Origin: Pelomyxa schiedti
Taxonomy: Eukaryota > Protista > Evosea
Direction: 5' to 3'
DNA: 64,000 nt
Assembly: GCA_020536535.1 (NCBI GenBank)
Contig: JAHLWZ010000476.1
Location: forward strand, 27,283-91,282
Below, one piece after another: positions 46,601-58,865 of this stretch; position 1 is the stretch's first letter; every line of letters begins with the position of its first letter. Made by a program: the position numbers and the translations under genes. The notes beneath the pieces were generated by a model. It did no database searches. It was not told where the DNA came from and worked only from the letters and a program-made list of their open reading frames with translations.

Positions 46601-48525
46601 AGTAGTCTACTTCCTGATAAGGGAGGCATGTGCATAGCATAAGTAGTGACTAACTAACAATAACTAGGTTCACAATTAATGAAAGCCCTAAAAAATGTTG
46701 CACAACAAACTGGAACCAAAAAAGCAGTTCTTCTTCTCTCGGTAACAGCTACCACACCAGAAAAACTCATATTAAAAACCTTTTTTTCACTATCAAGGAT
46801 GGAGCCCTCAGCAGGTCAGAGGAACTCAAATCTTGGGCGAAGCAGGAAACCCAAATTTCAGTATTTCCAATTGGCATTGGTTATGGCGTATGCGCTATTC
46901 TCTCAAAAGCATAGTGCTCAACTATATTACTCAGGTAAACCAATCCCTCCTTCGAGATCTTGCATGTACTTCGAAAGGACATGCTTCCTTCTGCACCCCA
47001 GAGGAGCAGATTCAAGCAAAGGTCACACATCAAATGCAACGTATTTTTTGTAGTGTGAGAGATCCAACGATCGGGTGGCTTCTCTCAACCAAACAACCAC
47101 TGCAAGGACTACAACTACCACTTCCCATCGTAATTTCCCAAAACAGAGTCACTTCCTTTGCTTTACTGTCACCTGATCCCTCTGTATGATGTCACCCAAG
47201 AAAATGTTTTCTCACTTCCAAAAGGAACAGCATTGCCCTCTGGGCCATAGCTTAGTTGAACTCGAGGGCAGTCCGTCAAAGTGCAGTCTTTGTGGGAAGG
47301 GGGAGGATGCTCCTAAAAAGCACTGCGTGGATTGTCGTTGGTTTCTGTGCACAAGTTGCGCGATGAACTGGGTATGGAAGAGACCTTGATAATTCTCCAA
47401 TTAATAATTACGCAGGGGCTGGTTGTCTATCTCACAGGTCGACAGCCCAACGGAGAAAGTCTGTGTGAAGCAGCCTCAGTGGATCTACACTCAGCCAAAC
47501 CGTAATCTCTTGCTTGGACCAAATTAAAAAAACTGAACAAAAACAAAGGGGCAAAATGTTTCACCAGCTTTATGCTAAGAACCTTATCCGTGCCATCGAG
47601 AATAGCACCTTTCCTGAAGCCACCAAGAAAGCGACTGTCATACAGCTTGCTACTACGTGGTTTTGTTATTACCTTTTCGAAATACTTATTAGTAAATAGA
47701 TACAATGTCTCTTCTTCATACACAAGCTTTATTGCAGTTGAAGAGCGGACCTCACCCACTGAAGAGTCTATGGAAGTGTGTTGAAGCTTGTTGAAACTGT
47801 TTACTCACCCAATGTCCAGAGAGTGGAGGTACCATCTTGTATTCCTTCTACTCTCCCTGCGAAGAAAGTTGCAAGTCCACCTGCGAAACCCGATTACATA
47901 ACAGATACTTCCACTCATTCTTCCTCTTCATCATCTATTACTGCCGCCCCTTCTAGCTCTGCCTCTTCCTCTTCCTATGAATCATATTCTGCTCGGACCT
48001 CAGCAATGGCAAAGGACTATGCGGAACGCTCATACTGTTTGAGCGAGGACATATGCTATTCTAAATGTGAGGCTGTGAGATATGAGTCAGAGTGTGTATC
48101 TTATGCCCCCACGATGTCTCTGGCAAGGGCGAGCAAGAAGTCGGCTGCTTGTTTCATTGCTACTGCTGCATATGGGAGTGAACTAGACCACAGAATATCT
48201 GTACTTCGTGACTTCAGGTCAACTTCGGCTCTTTGTAATTAGCTTCTTGCGTTAAACCCCCAACTACAGAGACAAAACCCTCTCACAATATCTGCTTGGC
48301 CGGGCCTTCATATCCACGTATTACACAGTGTCACCCCCCATCGCGTCCTGGATTTCAGACAAGGAATGGGTGAGGTGGATTGTAAGGCTACTCCTGGCCC
48401 CAATTGTGTTCACGCTAGAGACCCTCCACTACGGTAAAACTATGCGCAACTACGACACCATACCTGTAGTTGTGTGCATTGTTGCCATTGTGTGCCTTCT
48501 CGTTCTTTTTGTACTCGGAATCTAA
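43665..48525 (+). CDS. vWA - VIT - vWA - Cys/His zinc finger - CFI-box-CTERM-like domain - C-terminal TM protein
   Basis: vWA1: IDVVFVVDTTGSMG, SGGGDYPEAV, DAPPHG. VIT: PLEAVYKFP, GHGAYLLEQ, FNMSVGNLPP. vWA2: IVIDCSSSM, LSDG, FPIGIG. Zinc finger: CPLGH..CSLC..CVDC..LCTSC. Tail: CFIATAAYGS..LRDFRD..GRAFI..YY..SPPIA, then a hydrophobic helix. More than 20 short introns. Confidence 0.82.
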
Positions 48526-48877
48526 GAATAGTGTCACATAACATTTCTCCCCCAATAACAACCACGTCTGTTGCATCGGTTTTTCAGGTTGTGTAAAAGC
48601 CTTCCAACGATGAGGACTCTAAGAGCATCTGCTGCAATTGAACCCTCTCGTCAAGCAAGTGATAAGACCCTCGTTCCCATTTGAGTGTTGTGTGTGTGAT
48701 AGTGTCTATCAGGAAGAATTATTTTTGTTATTATTCCTATTTACAATCTCCCTGCGTTGTAACGGTGGGGATTCAAGGAAAGGCCATTAGAATGAACGCC
48801 CTTCCTCACAAAACCGCGAAGCAAAAAGCACCCAATACCACAACCAACACAGCCTCCTCCCCCCAATCCGACCCACA

Positions 48878-50812
48878 ATGTCGCGGCACCACCGGCCACT
48901 GCTTCAGCCGACGATATGGATCCTGGTCACCGTGGCGGCGTCGCTGGTCTCGTGCGCGAGCGACAACAACTGCAACGCGCGGCAGGCCACGGCGTGCTCG
49001 ACGCCCTACTACGAGTGCCTCGAATCGGCGCTCTCCGNNNNNNNNNNNNNNNNNNNNNNNNNNNNNNNNNNNNNNNNNNNNNNNNNNNNNNNNNNNNNNN
49101 NNNNNNNNNNNNNNNNNNNNNNNNNNNNNNNNNNNNNTGGATCCTGGTCACCGTGGCGGCGTCGCTGGTCTCGTGCGCGAGCGACAACAACTGCAACGCG
49201 CGGCAGGCCACGGCGTGCTCGACGCCCTACTACGAGTGCCTCGAATCGGCGCTCTCCGTGGACCGCGTGTGCGGGTGCATCGACGAGCTCGGGGTGTGCG
49301 TCACGGCGGCGGGGTGCCGCGACGTGGCCCAGATGGTGGAATTCGTGGACAGCCAGTGCATCCCTGCGGGGTGCTCCTTGTGCAGTGACGACCAGCCTGA
49401 TGGTGGACGGTTTGTATTTTTTATTTTTATTTTTATTTTTATTTTTATTTTTTATTTTAATTTTGATTTTGGTTTTATTTTGATTTTTGTTTTTGTTTTT
49501 GTTTTTTCCATTGTATGCTTGTCTTTCGAACTATGGGACATAATACTTTGCCAGGTGGGCGATGTGGCTAAGTTTGGGGATGTTCTTGGCTGCACTGTTG
49601 TGCTTTGTAGTGTTCCTTGTGGTTCTAATAGTCTTCCGGAAACGCACCAACAACAAGTGCATTGCTTCAGAATCCCTGCTATTTGTGGCTGGCGTTACGT
49701 TATTTGTTGTTTCTGTTGCATTTGCAGCAGGTCCTACTGATAGTCTAGAGTTTTATACACTTCTTCAGGGAAGTCCCGTATGTGCACTTTTTTCATACAT
49801 TAAACACAAAAACCAACGACTCTCGAAAAAGTTTTCCGCGCGCATCGATGAGCTGACAAGTAGCACTGCCTCTGTCCTTTCCTCCACATCCAATATTGTC
49901 TATCACTACATACCAACGGAGCTCGCAATAAATGACCAATTGGTATCTTGGTAATAGTTCATTGAGGCTTGTTAGTGACTACTTTCAGACAACACTTTCT
50001 TCCACTTACACATTCGAGACATCCTCCTCAATGGTACCAGAATGCTTTGGTTATTATTTGATTAATGGGAGCTATTTCCAAGTTGACTCCTCCGTGAACT
50101 CAACTTCTGACTTTTGCATTCTTGAGGGGGAAAGGAAAGTTTGGGACGAACTTTTTTTGTTTTATTCATTTTCTGTGCAGTAGTTATTCTGATACCATGA
50201 GCAAAGGCAATTGTGACAATGATGCTCTTTACTCTTTCCCAGAAGTAACAAGTGTGAACATATCCCAGCAGGTTTTTCCCCAAAAATAAAGCAGTCCGGA
50301 AATAATCTGTAGATATCGTCTTTCTTCTGCTAGGTTGTGACAACTGACAGCTATTATTTCTGCTGGAGTGGAATGGCTAACGGCACTTCGGGAACAGTTA
50401 ACTTTGACCTGGATGTTGTCACATACAACACAACCGCTGCTGTACAGACATGTGAATCGCAATCCTGCAACTATACAGTGGAGGTACAACACTTTTCTTG
50501 TATGTTTTTAGTTCTAATCAGTCCAATTAGGACGACGTCTACTATGTGGTAATGGAGATCACAAACGAAAACACTGATATGGCTACGTGCCGCATTTACA
50601 TTTTTGGCGATCACTCCAAATTCTACACCATTATCATCGTTCTTGTTGTTCTGATGTTGGCAATTGGAGTAGTTCTTTCTCTGCTAATCCCCTTCATCCG
50701 CTTCTGTTGGACCTATAACCCTCTGGGAAGCAAGAGCAAGAAGAAGAAGACCAATGAAGAACTGACTCTTCTGCAAGAGGAAAGCTACAAAACATCCAAA
50801 ACTAAACACTAA
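48878..50812 (+). CDS. Membrane protein: signal peptide, small Cys-rich domain, two TMs, lumenal beta-rich region, C-terminal TM
   Basis: Signal peptide, 8-Cys segment, hydrophobic helices at about 49562-49730 and 50620-50710, basic tail. The gene spans the assembly gap. Confidence 0.65.
49038..49137. other. Scaffold gap (100 N) with 121-nt identical flanks, an unmerged contig overlap
   Basis: 48917-49037 is identical to 49138-49258. Collapsing the two copies restores a single reading frame. Confidence 0.92.
49416..49508. repeat. Intronic (TTTTTA)n/(TTTTTG)n simple repeat
   Basis: Directly visible hexamer repeats in the first intron of the 48878 gene. Confidence 0.85.
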
Positions 50813-50865
50813 AAAAAATATTGTTCTTTCTAAAATGTATTCTTTGTCAGTGACATGTTGTTGGC

Positions 50866-52426
50866 TCAAGGGGATTTTTGGGGTTGCTGTTGGGTCGTAG
50901 TGCTGTGATCATATGATACTTTCTTGCTGAGAGGGGGCAAGTGCCCCTTCGGCATTGTGGGACCGGGTGACGATGTTGGATTGCTTGTGCTGTCGACAAC
51001 AGCACAAGTGAATTGTGGGGTGTTACTAGATGTGGTTGAGATTGTGATGTTCTGTGGTGGGATGTCTTTGGTAATTTCTACAAATGGTGCGGCTAGAGTG
51101 TGGTGCGGTTGGGGACTTATGGGCTGAAGGGGTGCCAGTATTCTGGGAGTGGTGCCAGGTTTTGCTGACTGCGGACGGCTTTGTTGTTGAGCCGAGGGAA
51201 TTGAGATTCTCGGGGGCGGATTATGGGTGGTGGTTGTAGAAGTGCTTTTTCCCACTGGTGAAGGTGGTTCTTGGGCTGAATATTGCTGAATTACATCCCT
51301 TACATCTTTTAAATATATATGCAGGTCATCCAGCTGTTCTAGGAGCGATGTGCTTGCAGATATTGGTTTTCCTCGTGATATACAATGGTTGAGGTCTCCA
51401 CATGCACTAAGTTGTTATGCCGGTGGATTAGGGTCTCATATTATTCACAAGAAGACAACAGTACTAGCCGAGAATACAACAGGTGTCTGTGTTTTAAGGT
51501 ATCCCAACTGGAGTCTAATTTTTGCGCCATCTTGTTGTTTCTCTGCACCATTTTTTTGTACTCATTGCGTAATTGTGAGAGCTGAATGTTCAAATGGAGG
51601 ATTTGCTTGGATTGGGCCTGAAAATTGTTACGTTCAAATAAATACAACCTTTCAAACCTCAACAAACTGTTGAACTAAATCTGTGTGATGTGTGGGACTC
51701 TGAGATAAGATTTGTTGCAGTTGGGTTGAATTCAAGGTGAGTGTCTCCCACCTTTCGATAAGTGATTCGATAGAATTAAATTCATCTGTGCGTTCTAGCA
51801 CACGTTTCAGGAATTGTTGATAAACCATCACTTTTATATTCAAAAGGACATAAATCACTTGGAGAAAAGGTAGAGTTACAGACATTGTGAGAGTTCCTGG
51901 GTTTTCCTTTCCTTCTCCTTGGTAAGAAATGATAGCTTCTGCTGTAACTCATCAAGTTGTTTTTCTCTTTCCCGCTTCCGAGCCTTTTCTTCTTGATATC
52001 TTTTTTCATACATATTCAATCTATCTACAGCCTCCTAATACATGTCAGACGAGAACCGGAGAAAAAAACAAAACGAACTTTGAAAGATGCGTTAAACTTT
52101 TGAGCAGACTTCTCCGTTTCCATTCTTTTTATTTTAAGTTGCACATCACACCTCCCCAATGTTTGTCGTGCCTTGTCATGTTCCATCTAAACAAGGAAGG
52201 GCCAGAGCAATAAAAAAAAAAAGTGAGCTGGAAGTGCTCGAAGTGCACAATGACAATGAACTCTCCCACAATGTACCCTCTGAAGTACATCCGAGTCGTC
52301 TGCAATTGCTTGCGGCTCGGCACCATTTTGACTTTCCCCCACCTCGGCCGTTTGGTCACCTCCAGTTTCGTTATTTGCTTTGTGCGTAGACTCGTCCCCT
52401 GGTTGCGTGGTACCAACCTGGTTCAT
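50866..52426 (-). CDS. Coiled-coil DUF4200 protein, CFAP73/CCDC42-like (cilia/flagella-associated)
   Basis: Coiled-coil exons (..SLLKSLTHLSK|, EKDIKKKRL..LSQEL) and VYQQFLKRVLERTDEFNSIESLIERWETL, then TSLLEQLDDLHIY. Confidence 0.6.
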
Positions 52427-52499
52427 TCAAGCAAAAAAACCCCGTAGAGTGACAACCAAAACACCTACAGAAGTCAAGTAAAAATAACAGTTCTGTTCT

Positions 52500-54940
52500 T
52501 TAGAGGGGATAAATAAAGAGGGGTTCGAGGGTACTAAGGTTGTGGTGCATATTGTTCTTCTGTAGCAGGGTGTGGAAGAAGTGCTGAAAATCAGTCGGCG
52601 ATGGTTGTGTGAGAGTGGTGCTGGCAAACAGTTTGTCCCTGACATTTTTGTTTTGTGCAAGCTCTTGTGTTACATGGGCATTTGCCTTGGCTAGGCTTTT
52701 GTGAGGGGATATTAATGGTCATAGAAAACCCTTACCAAGTAGCTCAAGGCACTCTGTGGAGAAATTGTCCATGTTGTCACATGATCTGTCGTTGTGATTA
52801 GAAGGCCGTAAAGTCAAAGTCAAAGTGATATACTGGTGGTAACAGGGATCAGCTGCAACATTACATACACCACCAAACAAATCACGGTCATCTCCAGTTT
52901 TGAGTTCCCCTAGAGCGATATATGAGAGAGCGCCGATTATGTAATGGAAACAACCTGCCCCTCCTTCAACCATGTTTGCGGGAATGCCATAGTAATTAAA
53001 GGGATAATAATCAGAAGCACCATGGCTGTTGATCAGCTTGTAGTGGTAATCCTGTGATTCTATATAATCCGATAGCATTTTCTATAATAAAATGAGTGAA
53101 ACGAGATATATTTTCAGGACTACTTGTATTTGTATACTTCCATACTGAGCAGTTGGCTGGGTTACAGTAGATCCATTTATAATCTCCAAAATATAATTTG
53201 GGCTTGAAATCATATCCATATTCAGGTTGCAAACAATTTTTGCTCTTTCAGTCATATTGAGACCCTTTTGTTACAAAAAATTGTTAATTTGTTTACACCA
53301 AACAAACAAATCAAAGATACCTGCAAGTACAAGAATGATCCAACAAGACCATACTCTTCAGCAGCCCACCACATAAACTTTATCTTATTTTTGATCCAAT
53401 CAGACATCCTTAGCAGTTATAAGTCGGATTCAAGGGGACTTTGCCAAGTCACTTCGTTTTCGAGACAACCAGAGCTATCTCCAATAAAGTCATACTTCCA
53501 CTCCCATTATCATTAATACCTGGTGCCTAATTGCCAGATAGTAGTAGAATTTTAATTGATGGAAAGTAGGGAGAGTGAGAAAGGTAAAGAAAATAACCTC
53601 AGAAGCAGAATCCAGATGAGCTCCTACAGTCACTACATTATTTGGATCTCCCTAACTGGAATGAGTAGGAACTATCAAAACTGTCCTTACGGTTGGAGTT
53701 TCTGCAATCAAATTTGCTGTGCTCACAATAGTTGATTCAATGGAGAACTGGAGTATGTTGAATAAAGGAAAAAAGAAGTGGAAGTGAACTGGGAGAAACC
53801 TCAACATTCAGTGCAGCAGTAGACCCATAGGCAAGTAACATTTGTGCCAAACTGGCTTGATTAAACCGCATTGGAAGCAAAAGATCGAAACATACTTGCC
53901 TGTGACAGTAATGCCAGGAATAGGGTGATTGTATGTGGAAAAATAATACCTATTCATAGAATGAGTCAGTTGCCAAGTTAAAAGTAGAGTACCGTGGTGG
54001 GGATGTTGGGGATTGTGCACTATAACCCATGATCATTGAGGCAGAGTTACTTTGATTTGGTCATTAGAAAGAGACTGTGACCAAAATATACATACTTGAC
54101 AGCTACAGCAACCTTCTCACTCCAGGAGCAGACATTACCGGGGTCAGTAATAACAGCAACAGCACCGTTTGGACAACCTACAGTAATCAATACTTATCAA
54201 AATCTATTAGGGTACCCAAATAATCTGCGTCAGTACAACCAGGACCAGAAACATTGCATAAAGGAGCTCCGTAAACTTTGCTACTTGCACTGCCTCCCAA
54301 GACCCTCCAGTCAGTACTGTATATGAAGGCCACATTTACAGGCGACGACAAAGCCATTTTTGTGGAGGTTTTGTTGAGCATGGTGAGAGAGAATATTACG
54401 GAATTCCTCCAAACAATAAGGCCAGATCCTTCTAACTGCTGTTCCACGTATTCGAGTGATGCTTCATATCCCCTTTAATTGCCATTAAGGATATGCAATA
54501 AACTAATGGACGAAATAGGTACCCACTAAAATCTGTTCTGCAATTACCATATTGCTCGGCAATAGCTTGGAGTTGCCCAAGACCCTCAATAATATTTTCA
54601 ACATTCATATCTTCATCCAAGTGCACGTTGTTGGTCCTGTTGAAAACAGCAACCAGCACTAAAGAGGAGATTATAGTGAGCTCCAACCTTCACATTTCAC
54701 TATTATAGCGCTACTCCTATTTGATTTTATTCTTTGGATAGCATTTTGTTTTCTTAGAAAGAACTACACACCTAGAGCGACCACAATCAAAGCAACGACC
54801 ACAACGAACACCTCAACAGAGGCTAAAATGACCTTTCGCTTGGTACATCGTGCACGAATGCGAAGCCACCACGGGGGGGACGACGGCTCGGGCCCAGACC
54901 ACCCCGGTTTATGCTCGACGAGAGGTATGTCCGACGACAT
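52500..54940 (-). CDS. M28 family aminopeptidase with PA domain, type II membrane-anchored
   Basis: N-terminal TM (VEVFVVVVALIVVALG), LQAIA..GNCR, VGAHLDS, PGINDNGSGS, FMWWAAEEYGLVGS, SDYYPF and DPCYHQ..CD. Confidence 0.9.
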
Positions 54941-55183
54941 TGCGGGACGGTGTATGGAGTTGGGCTGCGCTTTGGGAGAGAAGTTACGACGAAATCAAGG
55001 TTCCGACGGTTCGGCTGACTGATGACCGATCAGCTGTTGACTTTATGTGCTGTGGTTTGAGGGACCACTTTCTACATTGGGTATATGAAGCAGAGAGTAA
55101 TCATTGACATGAGCGAGTGCCTGTTCCACGCAGGACAGATTCCCTGAAAGAAACCGGTTTCGTCCGTGATCACAGCAACGCGC

Positions 55184-56855
55184 ATGTACCTGGCATTCCT
55201 TGTGTTTTTGTGGCTGTGTGGTGTCGCCGTCACTGGCGCGAGCTACTACTACCCCTGGTCTGTGAACCCCGTTCTCGTCCCATCATCAGGAAGTTCCACT
55301 CAGGGCTGGAACAACTGCTACGCCCCCGACCTGCATCAACTTGGTGCCGCGTACCAAAATTCATGGGTGATGTTCTACGGCAGCCAAAGCGGCGACGGTC
55401 ACGACCAAATTTTCCTAGCTTTCTCGGAAGACAAGCAGGTTTGCTTTGGGCTTGCATTTAAGTTTTTCCTTTCTGTTTCCTTTATCTATTTGTTATATAT
55501 TTTTCCCTATGTTTCTCAATGTTCGAAATAGCAATGGAGGAAACACCCGTCTGATCATTCACCACAACCCTGTTTATCACGAGGAACTTCAAATCATGTA
55601 AACGACCCCTCAGCTGTGTATGCACGGGGAAAGTGGTGGCTGTACTACACAGATGCAGTTGTTGATATTGACGATCGAGTTTGGCTTGCAACTGCAACGT
55701 CTTTAGACACAAGTTTCACGAAGATAGCTAAAGTAATTGATGTTGGTCCTGCTGGAAGTTGGTCATCCTACAAGGTAGAACCTCTGTCTGATGCCATTAG
55801 AAGAAAACCTTTCTCAAGGTAGGAAGGCCATCTGTTCGATATATCAATGACACCTTCTGGATGTGGTATGATGGGCAGGATTCTACAATCCGATCCTGCA
55901 TTGGTCTAGCATTTTCGTCAGATGGAATTAATTTTATTCAAGTCTGGACCACCAGTATTTTTGAGAACTACTCACTTTCCATGTAGTACTCAGGAAACCC
56001 CGTATTTTGTGATGTTGCAGCCATTGACGTAAAAGAGCTTCACGATCCCATTGATGGCCACATTGTCTCATACATGATGGCAATACAGGCAATGAACAGA
56101 AACCAAAACAATTGCGGTCCTTACACAATCAGGGCGGAGATGGCTCCTACTGGGCAAACTCACCTGATGGGATATCTTGGGCATACCAAGGGTTACTTGT
56201 CCCCGTCAGTGGTCAAGATTATGACCGATACGGACAGGTATCAACAATAGTAGTACTTCCTAACGCTTAGACCCTCTAACAGGTAACACCATTTCTTGAA
56301 CTAAGTGCTGACCAAAGCCAAGTATCTGCTGTGTGGTATGGCGGTGCCAGTGCTTCCTCGTGGGATAAAAATGCCATAGCTGTGTCATTCCAAACAGGCG
56401 GAGCCCCAAATGTTACCACCGGTGGATGCACTGTAAGAAAGAAAACATCCTCAACAACTAACCCTCACCATCCCAAAAACATCACGGCAGTACTGCACTA
56501 CCCGAGGTGTCTCTTGTGCTGAGCAATGTGCAACATCTAAAAACGGAGATACAGGTTCTTTAAGAAACCTCATTCCCCTTTCCTTAACCGCAATAACAAT
56601 CACAAGGTTACTGTGGTGCCCCAGGTTCACATGATTCTAGTGCTTGTTGTGCCTGTTACAGTGACAAGTGCGGCATTTTTGCACACTACTATCATAAAAA
56701 AAAAACCCAACAAAAAGCTCACTAACATGTACAGGTGTGCAACATGCCTCCCTACAGGAGAGCTTGATTGCTTCACTGCTTGTTGTGATTCTGGTGCAGC
56801 TGCTGGAATGTGTGGGGATGGCCTGACTCCAAGTGATTGTTGTGTTTGTTACTAG
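55184..56855 (+). CDS. Secreted five-bladed beta-propeller glycoside-hydrolase-like protein (GH43/32/68/130 fold) with Cys-rich tail
   Basis: Signal peptide; NPVL..W.NCYAPD, HVNDPS, WWLYY, VGRPSV..WMWYDG, IGLAFSSDG and SPDGISW blade repeats; C-terminal CC-rich module. Confidence 0.7.
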
Positions 56856-57043
56856 GCTACCATCCTTTGTAATAACAAAAAAGTAACTGTAAGGAAAAAG
56901 GCGAACATAAAAGGAAATTGTTTGTTGGCTTGTTTGACCACAATGATTCTCTCACAGTGGAAAACTAAGCGATGGAATCCAAAGAAGTTCTGGCCAATTG
57001 TTTCAATCCTCTGATCCAACTGTGTACAGAGTGTTAGTCAAAC

Positions 57044-58865
57044 CTAGGACAGTGATGATAGGTACAACTTGGGTGGGTGGCAACACTTTCGAGTGGCTGT
57101 GGGTGTTGTTGTAGGGGTGGTAGTTGTACGTCGAGTTTCTGTGAGAAGTTTATTAGAAACGAATACAAGTAAACTTTCATGGTTGTTTTTTGAGCTTACG
57201 GATTCATCCTCTTTATCGTCATCGGGAGGGAGCTGAGGTGGAGGTAGAATCGTCCATTCTGGTGGAATATCTGTAGTAGGGAAATTGGGGAAGGGGTGTG
57301 GGAAGTGTGTTTGTTCTGAGCAAAGATGGCCTCCTGACTTCTGGGTACACATTTTGGGTGCCGATTCCATTTCAGAAGCATGGTGAGGAGGTGGAGAGGT
57401 GGTAGGGTTGAAAAACTGACCCAGGGCAAATGGAGATGCCAATTGAGGAAGATGTGGTAGCGTGGTACCCATTGGTTCCTGTGGTGGTTGCGGTGTCTCG
57501 TGAGAACCACTAGAATTGGGTGGCTCACTCTGGGGAGCATGCTCTGCAGGTTTCATGGCCTGGAATGGAAGTTGTTTGAGAGAAAAGACAATTAAACCCA
57601 AAAGGTTTTACCCGACATGGGCAGCAAGCTTTCTTTTGAATCTGAAGATGATGAGCTATGATTGTGGAAAAAGAAAGAAACCAGTTGCCGCTGCTGTTTA
57701 AGCAGTTGAGACACCACAGTGGGATCAGCCGCATACAAAGAGATATATGGTTGTGCCAATGGCAAAATCCGTTGCAATAGCTGTTGTTGATGTGCATAGT
57801 GCTGGGCATTCCAGATTTTCATACATATTTTGACGTGAGTCATCTGAGATTCATGAAGGGGACCTACGAAATTCTTAAGGAGATGCAGTTAGACGATGCA
57901 TAGATTACTTGACGAGGCACTATCCGATGAAGATTTTCTTGTAGTTTTATGTTTTGTCAGTTTTTTAGTGGAAGTCTGGGAATTGTCAAGGGACATAACA
58001 CACTAATATGGAATACCTCTTCTTTGACAGGTTGTCTTGAACGAGTTTTTCGTTTAGTAATTGGCTTTTTTCTACCCTTGCGCTGTACCTCATGACATTG
58101 CGCATCTTCACATGTACACCCCTTGCTTGTGTCATTGCATAGAACACCACTGTGAGGTGAGGTAGGTGATGGAGTGGGGGTAGGGGTTGCAGTTGGAGTC
58201 ACTGAAGTGGAAGTTGGTGAAGCATAAATGTTTGTTGGAGTGCTTGTTGTAGATGACGGGGGAGAAAGTGCAATGCCCGGGAGAACTGGTGGCCTTGAGG
58301 GCTCAGAAATGAGTTCCTCTTTTACTTTGTATCTTCCTCCAATATCCAATTTGGAGAAGTCATTTTCTTCGTTTGTGATACTAACATCACCAGTGGACTT
58401 CCTAGTGCGCCTTTTTCGAGTATTGTAGGAGTGAATCTGAACGTCAGTTTCACGTGAACTTTGGAGCTGCCGAGCTAAATCACAATTAATAATTTAGTGA
58501 AAGTGCCCAACTGCTCACGTGTTCTTGGCCTCAGCAACATTTGAAAGGCGGGAGCATCATCAGCAGGAGCAAGCTGTAAAGCCGTTTAAAATTTCGAATT
58601 ATACACATATAAGTAACAGAACGGAATCAAATAATACCCTTTTCCTAGACGAAGCTGATTGCTGTTCCTCGACAGGGGGTGACAGAGTAGGGGACAACGG
58701 GGGATGTGCACACGGCGAGGGCGTGTTCGACAAGGGCGAAGGGGGCGATGGCGACGGCGACGGCGAGAGTGACGGCGATAGCGACGGCGAGATTGACGGC
58801 GACAGGGAGGGGGACGCCGACTCCACGAGCGGCGAAAGTGGGTCTGGTTCCGGGGCTGTTGTCAT
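57044..58865 (-). CDS. Hypothetical Ser/Pro-rich protein with basic (NLS-like) patches
   Basis: Consecutive minus-strand ORFs (58599-58865, 57957-58349, 57592-57843, 57044-57601) separated by intron-sized gaps. No domain recognised. Confidence 0.5.

Noticed and set aside
48917-49258. Apparent tandem duplication of a signal-peptide/Cys-rich exon
   Set aside because: The two 121-nt copies are identical and flank exactly 100 N, so this is an unmerged contig overlap, not biology.
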